The translations under genes were made by a program, and so were the position numbers. A stretch of DNA of 64,000 nucleotides from Thermodesulfobacteriota bacterium (lineage in GTDB: Bacteria; Desulfobacterota; Desulfobacteria; Desulfobacterales; SURF-7): NCBI GenBank assembly GCA_049320885.1, contig JBMORA010000013.1, positions 64,001 to 128,000 of the forward strand, read 5' to 3'. Below, piece after piece: positions 28,531 to 38,886 of this stretch. Each line of letters opens with the position of its first letter. The stretch's first letter is position 1. The notes under the pieces were generated by a model. It was not told the DNA's origin. It searched no databases and worked only from the letters and a program-made list of their open reading frames with translations.

Positions 28531-30531
28531 ATGTATCGGTATCTGTTCAGCCCCATCCGGATCAACAACTGCGAGATCAAAAACCGGATCGCCTATCCGG
28601 CCCTGGGGCTGCTGTATTCCCACGACCGCAAGCTGAATGACAAGTATCTGAATTATTACACGGAGAGAGCCAGAGGCGGCGTCGGCTTGCTGACCGTCGG
28701 TCCGGTGGGCGTCGATTTTCTGGGTTCCGGGTATCTGGCCCTGGCCCTGGACAACGACGACGCCATCCCCGCTTTTCAATCCCTGACCCGGGCGATCAAA
28801 AATGAAGGCGCCAGCCCCTGGATCCAGCTCTTTCACGCCGGCGGCTATTCGCATCCCATCCTGATCGACGGCCGGCAACCCATGGCGCCCTCGGCGGTGT
28901 TTTCCAGCTATGCCAAAACCACGCCCCGGGAAATGACCCGGGAAGATATCGCCGCCGTGCAACAGGCGTTTGCCAAAGCGGCGGTCCGCGCCCGGGAGGC
29001 GGGCTTTGCGGGCGTGGAGATCATCGCCTCGGCCGGATACCTGCTCACCCAGTTTCTCTCGCCGGTCAAAAATATTCGCACCGACGAATATGGCGGCAGT
29101 TTTGAAAACCGCGTCCGCTTCCCCGAAGAGCTCATCCGGCTGGTCCGGAAACACCTCGGCCCGGATTATCCCCTGACCGTCCGCATGGCGGGGAATGATT
29201 TCGTCACCGGCAGCAACACCGACGCCGAAACCCCGAAAATCGCCCGGATATACGAAGCCGCCGGGGTGGACGCCATCAATGTGACCGGCGGCTGGCACGA
29301 GGCCCGGGTGCCGCAGCTCCCCATGGATCTGCCGCGTTCCGCCTTTGCCTTTCTGGCCCTCAACATCAAAAAGGCGGTTTCCATTCCGGTGATGGCCTCC
29401 AATCGCATCGCCACCCCCGCCGAAGCGGAAAAAATCCTGCGCAACGGATATGCCGACATGGTGAATCTGGGCCGGGTGCTCATCGCCGATCCGGAATGGC
29501 CGAAAAAGGCCTTCGCAGGAAGAGCGGATGAAATCCGGCCCTGCACCGCCTGTTCCCAGGGTTGCACGGATCAGGTGTTTCAGGGGAAGCCGGTTTTCTG
29601 CGTGGGCAATCCCCTGGCCGGTTGCGAGTCCGAACGCCGAATCCGCAGAAGCGACCGCCCCAAAAACGTGATGATCATCGGGGCCGGCGCCGCCGGATTG
29701 GAAGCGGCCGTGACCGCCGCGCTGGCCGGACACCGGGTCCGTCTGTATGATAAAGGTCCGGATATCGGCGGCCAGTTGTGGGCTGCCGGCGCTCCGCCCC
29801 ATAAGCAGGAGCTCTGGGAATACATCCGCTACTACCGGGCCATGCTCCGGAAATATCCCATCGACCTGCATCTGAATACGGAGGTGACGCCGGAACTGAT
29901 TCGGGCGACGAATCCAGACCATATCATCGTCGCCGAAGGCGCTAGGCCCCTGCTTCCGCCCATCAAAGGGGTGCGGGACCCCGGCGTATTGACTTCCTGG
30001 GAAGTACTCCAGGACAATCCCCGGCTGGGGAAAAACGTGGCCGTGATCGGCGGCGGCGCCGTTGGGCTGGAAACCGCCCTGTTCGTGGCCGCCAAGGGCA
30101 CCATGAGTCCCGAGATCCTGCATTTCCTGTTCTCCTATGACGCGGTCCCTCCGGAGCGCCTGAGAGAGCTGATGGTCCAAGGCAGCAGCCGGGTGACGGT
30201 GTTCGAGATGCTGCCCAAGGCCGGAAAGGACGTGGGCCGCTCCACCAAATGGGTGCTGTTCGACAACCTGAAAAAATTCGGCGTGGCCATCATCACCAAC
30301 GCCAGGGTCGCGGCCGTTGAAGGCGGCCGTGTCCAGTATGAAAAGGACAACGCGGCCCATGAGCAACGATTCGACAACGTCATCGTCGCCTCGGGCTCCC
30401 AGCCGGTGCGGACCGTCACCGAACAGCTGCAACAGGCCGGCATTCCCCACACGGCCATCGGCGACTGCCTCCGGCCGGGGAAAATCGGCGACGCCATCCA
30501 TGGCGGCTTCCTGGCGGCCATGAATCTATGA
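28531..30531 (+). CDS. FadH-like NADH:flavin oxidoreductase / 2,4-dienoyl-CoA reductase
   Basis: OYE barrel (QLFHAG, GYLLTQFLSP..N.RTDEYGGS.ENR, GWHEARVP), CTACSQGC..C cluster motif, GAGAAG and GGGAVG. Confidence 0.85.
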   Translation: MYRYLFSPIRINNCEIKNRIAYPALGLLYSHDRKLNDKYLNYYTERARGGVGLLTVGPVGVDFLGSGYLALALDNDDAIPAFQSLTRAIKNEGASPWIQLFHAGGYSHPILIDGRQPMAPSAVFSSYAKTTPREMTREDIAAVQQAFAKAAVRAREAGFAGVEIIASAGYLLTQFLSPVKNIRTDEYGGSFENRVRFPEELIRLVRKHLGPDYPLTVRMAGNDFVTGSNTDAETPKIARIYEAAGVDAINVTGGWHEARVPQLPMDLPRSAFAFLALNIKKAVSIPVMASNRIATPAEAEKILRNGYADMVNLGRVLIADPEWPKKAFAGRADEIRPCTACSQGCTDQVFQGKPVFCVGNPLAGCESERRIRRSDRPKNVMIIGAGAAGLEAAVTAALAGHRVRLYDKGPDIGGQLWAAGAPPHKQELWEYIRYYRAMLRKYPIDLHLNTEVTPELIRATNPDHIIVAEGARPLLPPIKGVRDPGVLTSWEVLQDNPRLGKNVAVIGGGAVGLETALFVAAKGTMSPEILHFLFSYDAVPPERLRELMVQGSSRVTVFEMLPKAGKDVGRSTKWVLFDNLKKFGVAIITNARVAAVEGGRVQYEKDNAAHEQRFDNVIVASGSQPVRTVTEQLQQAGIPHTAIGDCLRPGKIGDAIHGGFLAAMNL

Positions 30532-30649
30532 ACCGCCGGACAGATGACGACATTCGGGCGATTTGAAAAAGACGGACGGATCTGATAGGTTACACTCCAA
30601 CCATGAAAACTCCGGAAACGGTTCCGGGACGAACAGGAAAGGAAGCGCA

Positions 30650-31747
30650 ATGGCACAAACCGTATATCAAAAATTGAGAGCCCAGCTGGATCAGTATTCC
30701 ACCGGTTTTCCGGAAACCGCCTCGGGAATCGAATATCGGATTCTGAAACGCCTGTTCACGGAAGAAGAGGCGGCCATGTATCTGGATTTGACGATGATGC
30801 TCGAATCCCCCGCCTCCATTGCCGAACGCACCGGTCGGGATCCGGTGAAAACCGAAACCATGCTCCGACAGATGGTCGAAAAAGGCCTTATCTTCCGGGT
30901 CCGGAAAAACGACGCGGCCCGATATGCGGCGGTGCCTTTTGTCATCGGCTCCTATGAATTCCAGTTGAACCGCATGGACCGGGAACTGGCGGAAATGACC
31001 GAAACCTATTTCGAGGAAGCCCTCATGCCCCATCTCGTGGGGAATGTGCCCCCCCTGCGGACCATCCCGGTCCAAAAATCCGTGGACGTGGCTCACAAGG
31101 TCGCCCCTTACGCCGACGCCAAGGCCATTGTCGCCGACAAGGAGAAAATCGCGGTGGCGGAATGCATCTGCCGCAAGCAGCAGGGCTTGCTGGAAAAAGG
31201 CTGCGGAAAACCCAGGGAGGTCTGCCTGGTGTTCGGCTCCCATGCCGATTATTATGTGGACAAGGGCATGGCGCGGTTCATCGAAAAGACGGAAGCCTAT
31301 GCGATTCTGGATCAGTGCGAAAAGGCGGGATTGGTGAACCAGCCGGCCAACATGGTCAATCCCGGCGGCATGTGCAACTGCTGCGGCGACTGTTGCGGTG
31401 TGCTGCGGGGGCTCAACCAACTGCCCAAACCCGCCGAAATGGTCTGCAACAATTATGTGGCCGCCGTGAATGCGGAGGAGTGCACCGGCTGCGGCGTTTG
31501 CGAGGAGCGCTGCCAGATGGCGGCCGTGGCCGTGAACGACGATTCCATCGCCGCGGTGAATCCCGACCGCTGCATCGGCTGCGGTCTCTGCGTAACCACC
31601 TGCCCCACGGAGGCGATCCGGTTGCAGGTCAAGCCCGAGCACCTGCAACGCACACCGCCAGCAAGCGGCCGGGAGCTCATGGACATGACCGCCAGAATCC
31701 GCGGCACCTCCCTGATGCCGCTGTTCATGACGGCGCCGAAATCATGA
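30650..31747 (+). CDS. 4Fe-4S dicluster-binding protein with N-terminal helical domain
   Basis: CICRKQ, CNCCGDCC, CTGCGVCEERC, CIGCGLCVTTCP. Confidence 0.8.
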   Translation: MAQTVYQKLRAQLDQYSTGFPETASGIEYRILKRLFTEEEAAMYLDLTMMLESPASIAERTGRDPVKTETMLRQMVEKGLIFRVRKNDAARYAAVPFVIGSYEFQLNRMDRELAEMTETYFEEALMPHLVGNVPPLRTIPVQKSVDVAHKVAPYADAKAIVADKEKIAVAECICRKQQGLLEKGCGKPREVCLVFGSHADYYVDKGMARFIEKTEAYAILDQCEKAGLVNQPANMVNPGGMCNCCGDCCGVLRGLNQLPKPAEMVCNNYVAAVNAEECTGCGVCEERCQMAAVAVNDDSIAAVNPDRCIGCGLCVTTCPTEAIRLQVKPEHLQRTPPASGRELMDMTARIRGTSLMPLFMTAPKS

Positions 31748-31760
31748 GGACACCAAGGAC

Positions 31761-32066
31761 GTGGATGGAGACAACCCGAAACTAATAAGGAGTCAGAAGT
31801 CAGGAGTCAGGAGTCAGCATAAAATACGGACGCCGGCCTACCTATTTTTCTATATGCTGTTTTCTCCCGACACATGGCGTGTGGTGATCGGGATTATCGT
31901 TGCTTATTTTCTGGCGCCGCTGATTCTGCCCCCGGAATTGCCACCCGCCGGCATCGTCCTGCTGTATGTCATGCTTGCCGTCATCGGATACACCGGTAGC
32001 AGAATACCTGCCGGGTGGATCACCCGAGCGATCAAACAGCTCATATTGGGTGACAAAAGACCCTGA
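31761..32066 (+). CDS. Small membrane hypothetical protein (start uncertain)
   Basis: Hydrophobic C-terminal two thirds; the N-terminal part is encoded by a heptamer repeat. Confidence 0.5.
   Translation: MDGDNPKLIRSQKSGVRSQHKIRTPAYLFFYMLFSPDTWRVVIGIIVAYFLAPLILPPELPPAGIVLLYVMLAVIGYTGSRIPAGWITRAIKQLILGDKRP
31789..31817. repeat. Heptamer tandem repeat (GRAGTCA)x4
   Basis: GGAGTCA GAAGTCA GGAGTCA GGAGTCA G. Confidence 0.8.
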
Positions 32067-32209
32067 ATCTGAATGTCAGCGATCGGTAAATCCCGCTGTT
32101 TCAGGATCAAACCGGCCAGCACCGGCAAAACCGCTCCATACGGATAAAGGAAGATGAATTCCTGCGGCCGGGAAAGCATGAGGGCATCATGGATATGCCG
32201 TCCTGTTTT

Positions 32210-34015
32210 CTATTTGGTTTCATGAGCCTGAAGCAAGGACTTGAACTCGGATTCAAACAGCACTTCCTTATGCAACAGCTCTTCCGCCACCGCCTCCAGG
32301 GCCGCTTTGCGCTCGGTCAGCAGGGCGGTGACGCGCTGCTCTCTCGCCGCCAGAATCGCCTTTATCTCCTCATCCAGCCGGGAAGCCGTCTGTTCGCTGT
32401 ATTCACGCCCCCCGGGGACGGACTGGTCCGTGCTCAGGAAAACGGGGTTCCGTTGCCGGGGATAGGTGGAAAGTCCCAGGGTCTGGCCCATGCCGTATTC
32501 AGCCGACATGGCCCGGGCGATATCGGTGGCCCTCATCAGGTCGTTGCCGGCGCCCGTGGTCACATCCCCGAAAATGAGTTTTTCCGCCACCCTGCCCCCC
32601 AGCAGCACGTCGATCTTGGACAACAGCTCCTCCCGGCTCATGAGATAGCGGTCTTCCGTGGGCCGCTGCTGGGTGTAGCCCAGCGCCGCCAGCCCCCGGG
32701 GGATGATGGAAATTTTATGGACCGGATCACTTCCCGGGGTCAGGGCCGCCACCAGGGCATGACCGACTTCATGATAGGCCACGATCTTTTTTTCCTTGGG
32801 GTTGATGACCCGGTTTTTCTTCTCCAGGCCGCCGATGAGCCGGTCGGCGGCCTCGTCCAGCTCGATCATACCCACGTCCTTTTTCCGCTTGCGGGCGGCC
32901 AGCAGGGCGGCCTCATTAACGAGGTTGGCCAGATCCGCCCCGGAAAATCCCGGTGTTTTCTGCGCGAGTTCGGTCAGGTTGACATCAGCGGCCATTTTGA
33001 TATTGCGGGCATGGATTTTCAGGATCGCCTCCCGGCCCTTCACATCCGGCCGGTCCACCAGCACCTGCCGGTCGAAACGGCCGGAGCGCAACAAGGCTGA
33101 ATCCAGCACCTCCGGACGATTGGTGGCCGCCATGATCACCACGCCTTTGCGGCTGTCGAATCCGTCCATTTCCACCAGCAGCTGATTCAATGTCTGTTCG
33201 CGTTCGTCATGCCCGCCCACCATGCCGACCCCTCTTGCCTTGCCGATGGCGTCCAGCTCGTCGATGAAAATGATGCAGGGGGCCTTTTCCCGGGCCTGGG
33301 TGAAGAGGTCCCGCACCCGCGCCGCGCCCATGCCCACGAACATTTCCACGAAATCCGATCCGCTGATGGAAAAAAACGGCGCCCGCGCCTCGCCGGCCAC
33401 GGCCCGGGCCAGCAAGGTTTTACCGGTTCCCGGCGGCCCCACCAGCAGGACCCCCTTGGGCATCTGCCCGCCCAGTTCCTGATAGACATGCGGCTCGGTT
33501 AAAAAATTGACGATTTCCTGAAGTTCCTCTTTGGCTTCGTCCGCACCGGCCACATCGGGAAAACGGGTGGAAATATCGCTTTCCCCCACCACCTTGGCCT
33601 TGTTTTTTCCGAAGGTCATCATTCCGGCAGCACCTGCCTGCATGCGCCGCATCAGGAGAAACCAGACACCATAAAACAAGGCGATGGGCAGCAACCAGGA
33701 GACCAGGATCTTGAAAAACGTATTCTCCACCTGGCCGGTGAATTTGACGCCGTGTTCCGACAACAGTTTCGACAGATCATTATCCACCCGGATGGTTTTG
33801 AACAGGATCTCGCTCCCCGCGTCTTTCATGTGGCCGTGAATCTCCTTTTCCGACACACTGATGTCGATCACCCGCCCCTCCGAAACCGCCTGGATGAACT
33901 CGCTATAGGGGATCACCCGGGGGGCGAGCTGGCCCACGATCATGTTTTGGAGCACCAGCACGCCGAACATGGCCAGAACGATATAGTAGACATTGAATTT
34001 GGTTTTGTTTTCCAT
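32210..34015 (-). CDS. ftsH: ATP-dependent zinc metalloprotease FtsH
   Basis: Two TMs, [46 protein letters not shown] before MENKTKF. Confidence 0.97.
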   Translation of the reverse strand: MENKTKFNVYYIVLAMFGVLVLQNMIVGQLAPRVIPYSEFIQAVSEGRVIDISVSEKEIHGHMKDAGSEILFKTIRVDNDLSKLLSEHGVKFTGQVENTFFKILVSWLLPIALFYGVWFLLMRRMQAGAAGMMTFGKNKAKVVGESDISTRFPDVAGADEAKEELQEIVNFLTEPHVYQELGGQMPKGVLLVGPPGTGKTLLARAVAGEARAPFFSISGSDFVEMFVGMGAARVRDLFTQAREKAPCIIFIDELDAIGKARGVGMVGGHDEREQTLNQLLVEMDGFDSRKGVVIMAATNRPEVLDSALLRSGRFDRQVLVDRPDVKGREAILKIHARNIKMAADVNLTELAQKTPGFSGADLANLVNEAALLAARKRKKDVGMIELDEAADRLIGGLEKKNRVINPKEKKIVAYHEVGHALVAALTPGSDPVHKISIIPRGLAALGYTQQRPTEDRYLMSREELLSKIDVLLGGRVAEKLIFGDVTTGAGNDLMRATDIARAMSAEYGMGQTLGLSTYPRQRNPVFLSTDQSVPGGREYSEQTASRLDEEIKAILAAREQRVTALLTERKAALEAVAEELLHKEVLFESEFKSLLQAHETK

Positions 34016-34077
34016 TGCCTCCTCCTGAAATTCAGTATCGTTCGGGGAATGCCCCTCTATTTCACACAACCCGCTCC

Positions 34078-37000
34078 CTATGGATTGGCCCGCACCGTAT
34101 TGAAAATATCCTTGGCCAGGATGGGAAAGGCGGTTTCTTGAAATTCGCTGTCGGCCATGTAACGCGTTACGATCCGGTCGTTTTCCGTCATGCGTTCGAG
34201 CATCAGATCTTCAATGAGCTTACGGATGCCCAGCACGAATTTATCCAGCGGATTGGCCAGCGCCGTTTGAACCACCTGATCGTTCTTGCAGGCCTTTTCC
34301 TTGATCTGCTGAAAAAAGAGCCGGTCCTCCTCGGAAAACTGCGTGCCGAACCGCTCGTTGAGGACTTCGATGATCTCGGATAGCGGCGCTTTTTCATCCG
34401 TGACGTTGCCGGTGCCCACGTCCGTCGGACTTTTTACGAACTGTTGTTCGCCGTCCTTCAGCGTAATAGGGCCCGCAAAAACCCGCTCCATCCGGTAATA
34501 TTGCAACGCCACGTCCTCCCCTACCTTGATGATCAGGGCATCGCGGTCCATGGGCAGGTGCGGACCGAGGAAGCGGCCGAAACTGTAAAGCATTTCCAGC
34601 TCGGGATCGGCATAGGGAATGATCTGGCTCAGAAAGGCATACACCCGCACGAAGCCGCCCAATTTATCGCGAAACTCCCGGCGTTTCTCCGGGTCCTGAA
34701 GGCTTTTAAAACGATCCACCGCCGGTTGCAGGTGCCGCTGCATATGGGCGTGGTCCGCGGCATTCTGAAGGGCGATGGGTTTGTAAAAGATCCGGGCAAA
34801 GGCCGTAACTTCGCTCCAATGGTAAATCTGGGTCTGGTCCAGTTCATGCTTCAGGCTTTCGAGCCGGGCCGGGTCGGAAGGCTCTCTCAAGCCGGTCTTG
34901 TCGTAATAGGGCTTGAAGGCCCGGTAGATATCCTCGGTCTCGTTGATAAAATCCAGCACAAAGGGCGCATCCTTGCCGGGAATCATACGGTTGAGCCGGG
35001 AAAGGGTCTGCACTGCCTGGACCCCGTCCAGGCGTTTGTCCACATACATGGTGTGCAGCAGCGGCTGGTCAAAACCGGTCTGGTATTTGTTGGCCACCAG
35101 CAGGAGATGATAGTCCGGGGAATTGAATCGTTCGGGCAGGCGGGATTCACTGATGGATTTGCCGGTCACCAAATCCGTGTTCATGCCCGGCCCCGTGTAT
35201 TTGATCCCGGTTTCCGGGTCTTTTACCGTGCCGCTGAAAGCCACCAGGGGCCGGACGTCGCTATAACCGTTTTCAGCAATATAGCGCTGAAAGGCGATCA
35301 TATAGCGCACGGCATGCAGCCGCGAGGAGGTCACCACCATGGCCTTGGCCCGGCCGCCGAGCCGATGCCGGACAACCCGGCGGAAATGCTCCACCATCAC
35401 TTCGGTCTTTTGTTCGATGTTGTGGGGATGCAGGCTTATGAACTTGGCCAAGCTCCTCACCGCCCGTTTTTTCGGCAGGTTCGGATCGTCCTCGGCCGCC
35501 TTCAGCAAGCGGTAATAAACGGCATAGGTGGTGTAGTTGGCCAATACGTCCAGGACAAAGCGCTCCTCGATGGCCTGGCGCATGCTGTAAATATGGAAAG
35601 CTTCATGAATGCCGTCCGTGCCGGGCCGGCCGAACAGCTCGATGGTTTTGCCCTTGGGCGTGGCCGTGAAGGCAAAAAAGCTCAGGTTGGGCTGGGGGCC
35701 GCGGGACAACATCACCTGGCTCAGCCGGTCTTCCCAGTCCGCCTCGCCTTCCTCGGTTTCATCCGGCACCGCTCCCAGAATGGACTTCAACTCCCGGGCC
35801 GTTTCCCCGGTCTGGCTGGAATGGGCTTCATCCACGATGACCGCGTACTTCCGGGCGGCGATGGCGGCCTCCCATTCCCCGGCCTTTTGCTTTTCCGCAT
35901 CCGTGGCTTTTTCCCGGCTCTCGGCGCCGGCGGCATGCAAAAGGCCGCGCAGCACGAACGGAAATTTCTGCAAGGTCGTGATCACGATCTGGGTCCCGTC
36001 GATGAGCGCTTCCGAAAGTTGCCTGGAATCCTGATCAATGGCCTTTACCACGCCCTGGGCATGCTCGATCTGATAAACCGCGTCCTGAAGCTGCCGGTCC
36101 AGAATGCGCCGGTCGGTGATGACGATGACGCAATTGAAAATCTTGCGGTCCTCCCCGTCATGCAGGCTCGCCAAACGATGGGACAACCAGGAGATGCTGT
36201 TGGTCTTGCCGCTGCCGGCCGAGTGCTGGATCAGGTAATTGCGCCCCGTCCCTTCCGTCCGGGCGGTGGCCACTATCCGGCGCACCGCGTCGAGCTGGTG
36301 AAAACGGGGAAAAATCAGGGTCTCCTTGACCGCGCGCCGCTTGCCGCCGAGCCCGTCGTCGACCTTTTCGTCTTTTTTTTCTATAAACATGAAATGGCCG
36401 AGAACATCGAGAAAACTGTCACGCTGGAGTACTTCCTCCCAAAAATAACCCGTGCGATAGCCGGACGGATGCAGGGGATTGCCCGCCCCGCATTGGACCC
36501 TGCCTGGTTGGCTGCCACGGTTGAACGGCAAAAAGTGGGTGGCCTCCTTTTGCAGGCGCGTGGTCATGTGGACTTCATCCGGATCAACGGCGAAATGAAC
36601 CAAGGCCCTTGTCTTGAATCCGAAAAGGGGCGCGCGCGGGTCCCGGTCCTCTTTATATTGCTGCACGGCCTTGCGCCAGGTTTGCCCGGTGCCGGGATTC
36701 TTGAGTTCGCAGGTCGCCACCGGCAGACCGTTGAGCGCCAGAAGCATATCCACGGTTTCCTGCCCGCCCGGCCGGCAAGGCGCCTGCCGCGTCACCGTCA
36801 ACCGGTTCCGGGCGTAAAGCGCCGCCACCTCCTCGTTCAAGCCATGGGCGGGCTTGAAATAGGCCATTCGGAAAATCCTGCCGTAGAACTTGAATCCATG
36901 TCGAAGAATGTGCAAAGTGCCCTTGAGATTCAGCTCCTTGACCAGGGTATTCAGTATCAGATTTTCCAAACCGGCTCCGTGCAGGCCCTGCATATCGGCC

Positions 37001-37161
37001 CAAAGCCGGGGCTGGGTTTCCCGCAGGAATGCGCAAATCCGCGCCGGAAACAAGGCCCGCTCCACGTCCCACCCGGCTTTTGATTCCCCGACCCAGCCGG
37101 AGCGGGTTAAAAGCGTTTGTTCGATATAGGTCTCAAAGGCCTGCTCGGAGGTTGGTTTCAT
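34078..37161 (-). CDS. hsdR: Type I restriction endonuclease subunit R
   Basis: D..NGLPVATCELKN nuclease motif, IQHSAGSGKT, DEAH, FTATP, TGFDQP, QTLSRLNR. Confidence 0.95.
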   Translation of the reverse strand: MKPTSEQAFETYIEQTLLTRSGWVGESKAGWDVERALFPARICAFLRETQPRLWADMQGLHGAGLENLILNTLVKELNLKGTLHILRHGFKFYGRIFRMAYFKPAHGLNEEVAALYARNRLTVTRQAPCRPGGQETVDMLLALNGLPVATCELKNPGTGQTWRKAVQQYKEDRDPRAPLFGFKTRALVHFAVDPDEVHMTTRLQKEATHFLPFNRGSQPGRVQCGAGNPLHPSGYRTGYFWEEVLQRDSFLDVLGHFMFIEKKDEKVDDGLGGKRRAVKETLIFPRFHQLDAVRRIVATARTEGTGRNYLIQHSAGSGKTNSISWLSHRLASLHDGEDRKIFNCVIVITDRRILDRQLQDAVYQIEHAQGVVKAIDQDSRQLSEALIDGTQIVITTLQKFPFVLRGLLHAAGAESREKATDAEKQKAGEWEAAIAARKYAVIVDEAHSSQTGETARELKSILGAVPDETEEGEADWEDRLSQVMLSRGPQPNLSFFAFTATPKGKTIELFGRPGTDGIHEAFHIYSMRQAIEERFVLDVLANYTTYAVYYRLLKAAEDDPNLPKKRAVRSLAKFISLHPHNIEQKTEVMVEHFRRVVRHRLGGRAKAMVVTSSRLHAVRYMIAFQRYIAENGYSDVRPLVAFSGTVKDPETGIKYTGPGMNTDLVTGKSISESRLPERFNSPDYHLLLVANKYQTGFDQPLLHTMYVDKRLDGVQAVQTLSRLNRMIPGKDAPFVLDFINETEDIYRAFKPYYDKTGLREPSDPARLESLKHELDQTQIYHWSEVTAFARIFYKPIALQNAADHAHMQRHLQPAVDRFKSLQDPEKRREFRDKLGGFVRVYAFLSQIIPYADPELEMLYSFGRFLGPHLPMDRDALIIKVGEDVALQYYRMERVFAGPITLKDGEQQFVKSPTDVGTGNVTDEKAPLSEIIEVLNERFGTQFSEEDRLFFQQIKEKACKNDQVVQTALANPLDKFVLGIRKLIEDLMLERMTENDRIVTRYMADSEFQETAFPILAKDIFNTVRANP

Positions 37162-37176
37162 CAGGATGTCCTTGCT

Positions 37177-37401
37177 GCCATCAAATAACCGTCAAATAAA
37201 CCCGATCTTGCGTAAATTATCTTATTACAAATAGTTAAACAAAATATATAGTGACCGATATCTGTTATTCAACCGGATCCATCAAAATGCCATCAAATAA
37301 ACTGTGAGAAATGTAAATTGTTTAATTACAAATTGTTACCAATAAATCACCATGCGACTACCTCCATCACTCACCCCACTCCATCAAAATGCCATCAAAT
37401 A
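37177..37401. repeat. Periodic intergenic array: three pairs of 11-bp repeats spaced 101-102 bp apart, with a conserved AT-rich 26-mer
   Basis: TCCATCAAAATGCCATCAAATA exact at 37278 and 37380, variant at 37177; 26-mer at 37212 and 37313 matching at 22/26. Confidence 0.85.
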
Positions 37402-37419
37402 GAAAATCCATGCCGGCAA

Positions 37420-38886
37420 TCAGCCCCAAAATGGAACATATTTGGCATATTTACGCCACGCCTCGGGATTATGGAGCCGAATCAGGCCCTCCTCGATGGT
37501 GTCGCGGATGATACGCGAGGCCGTAGCGCTGTTTTTCGCCTCAATACCGAAACGGTCTCTCAATGTCGTATTGGTCATGTAGTCCCGGTTCACATATTTC
37601 AGACAGGCATGCAGGTAGCAGGCCCGGATACGGTCGTCTTTTTCCATGTCACCAAGAGCGCGCGGGGTGTACAAGATTGTTCGCGTATGCTCGTCGGTCA
37701 CTTCGAATATGGGGGCCGGTAATTGGTGATATTCGGTTTGAAAGACCACCTTGTCGATGCCGCTGCCGCGTTCCTCGCAAATTCCGACCCTTCTCATGAA
37801 AGAAGTCAGAGCCTCGTTGCGCGACTTGGGCGGGCTGTCCAGAAACCGCTCGGTTTTTACCAGGGGCAGGCCCGGATTGGTGATTTCCATGCGATTCGAG
37901 AAAATTTCAATCATCGGTCCGGTGCCGCGAATGAAAAAATCCTGATGAAGGATGGCATTGGCCACTAGTTCGCGCACCGCCGGTTCGGGGAATACCAGAA
38001 CTTCCCGGCGCAGGGCCTGACCGATGACCTCATTGCTCGGCAAAAGGGTGTTGATGTAATCCATCAGCGCTCCAAATCCTGCCGCATAGCCCTTGACGCC
38101 GACCTGCTCGCGAATGGTTTCCAGGCGGCTCCCATTTTTATAGACGATAACCCGCACGGCCTTGCGCTTTAGATTCTTGAAATCATCCAGCCTTTTGGCG
38201 AACAGGATCGCGCCCATATTGGTGATGTTCCAACCCCCGGCTTCGCAAGGCGAAATCATTTCGTCTTCGGCCAGGCGCTCCAGAATCCCCTTTCGATTTT
38301 CCGGAAGACCGAGTCCCAACAGATCGAAATAGGCCGGGTAGTCCAACAGGCGCAAGACTTCCTCAGCGGCGAGGCAATCGGCGGCCGGCAGTTGTTCAAA
38401 GGGGGTTTGATCAAAAATGCGCCACAGCGCCCGCTCTTTTTCCGGATACTCCTTGAGCCTCTTTTTGTAGGAGCCCACCCGGATGAACTCCCGCCCCTGG
38501 AACTGCACCGGGTTGCTGGATGCCCGGCTGATCTCCAGAATCACCACCGGCGCGTCTTCGAAATTGATTTCATGAAAACTGAAATGAATGCGCGGGCTCA
38601 ACAAGCGCAGCAGCCAGCTTTCCAGTTCCTCACTACCCTTCCTGGCCCGGGCCGGACAAAAGGCGGTTCCCTTGACTTCATGGGACTGATCGTCGATGCC
38701 CCACACCAGATACCCATTGGCTTTGCCGCACAGGGCCGCCGAGTTGCTCAGGGCGGAAATATATTCGCCGATTTCCTGGGGATCGGCAAAATTGGCCTTG
38801 AACTCCACCCATTCGGTCTCTTTGGGCAAGGCCCGCAGCTCCCGCAGCAAGCCGGTCAGATAGGCCCGGGTTCGGTCCATGTTCAT
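37420..38886 (-). CDS. AlbA_2 (Schlafen-like) domain + HATPase_c_4/RecG-C-like + wHTH protein
   Basis: ETEWVEFK, ISALSN, YLVWGIDD, AVRELVANAILHQD, RMEITNPG, SRNE, CEERGSGIDK; ATGA overlap with the hsdS stop. Confidence 0.85.
   Translation of the reverse strand: MNMDRTRAYLTGLLRELRALPKETEWVEFKANFADPQEIGEYISALSNSAALCGKANGYLVWGIDDQSHEVKGTAFCPARARKGSEELESWLLRLLSPRIHFSFHEINFEDAPVVILEISRASSNPVQFQGREFIRVGSYKKRLKEYPEKERALWRIFDQTPFEQLPAADCLAAEEVLRLLDYPAYFDLLGLGLPENRKGILERLAEDEMISPCEAGGWNITNMGAILFAKRLDDFKNLKRKAVRVIVYKNGSRLETIREQVGVKGYAAGFGALMDYINTLLPSNEVIGQALRREVLVFPEPAVRELVANAILHQDFFIRGTGPMIEIFSNRMEITNPGLPLVKTERFLDSPPKSRNEALTSFMRRVGICEERGSGIDKVVFQTEYHQLPAPIFEVTDEHTRTILYTPRALGDMEKDDRIRACYLHACLKYVNRDYMTNTTLRDRFGIEAKNSATASRIIRDTIEEGLIRLHNPEAWRKYAKYVPFWG

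Noticed and set aside
34444..37083. Long antisense ORFs (879 aa here; also 28432-30501, 1714-3297, 24663-25919, 44873-46072)
   Set aside because: They mirror well-supported genes on the opposite strand, as expected from GC-rich codon bias, and have no recognisable motifs
37177..37401. CRISPR array interpretation of the periodic repeats
   Set aside because: Only three non-palindromic units, ~80-bp spacers that share an internal motif, and no cas genes
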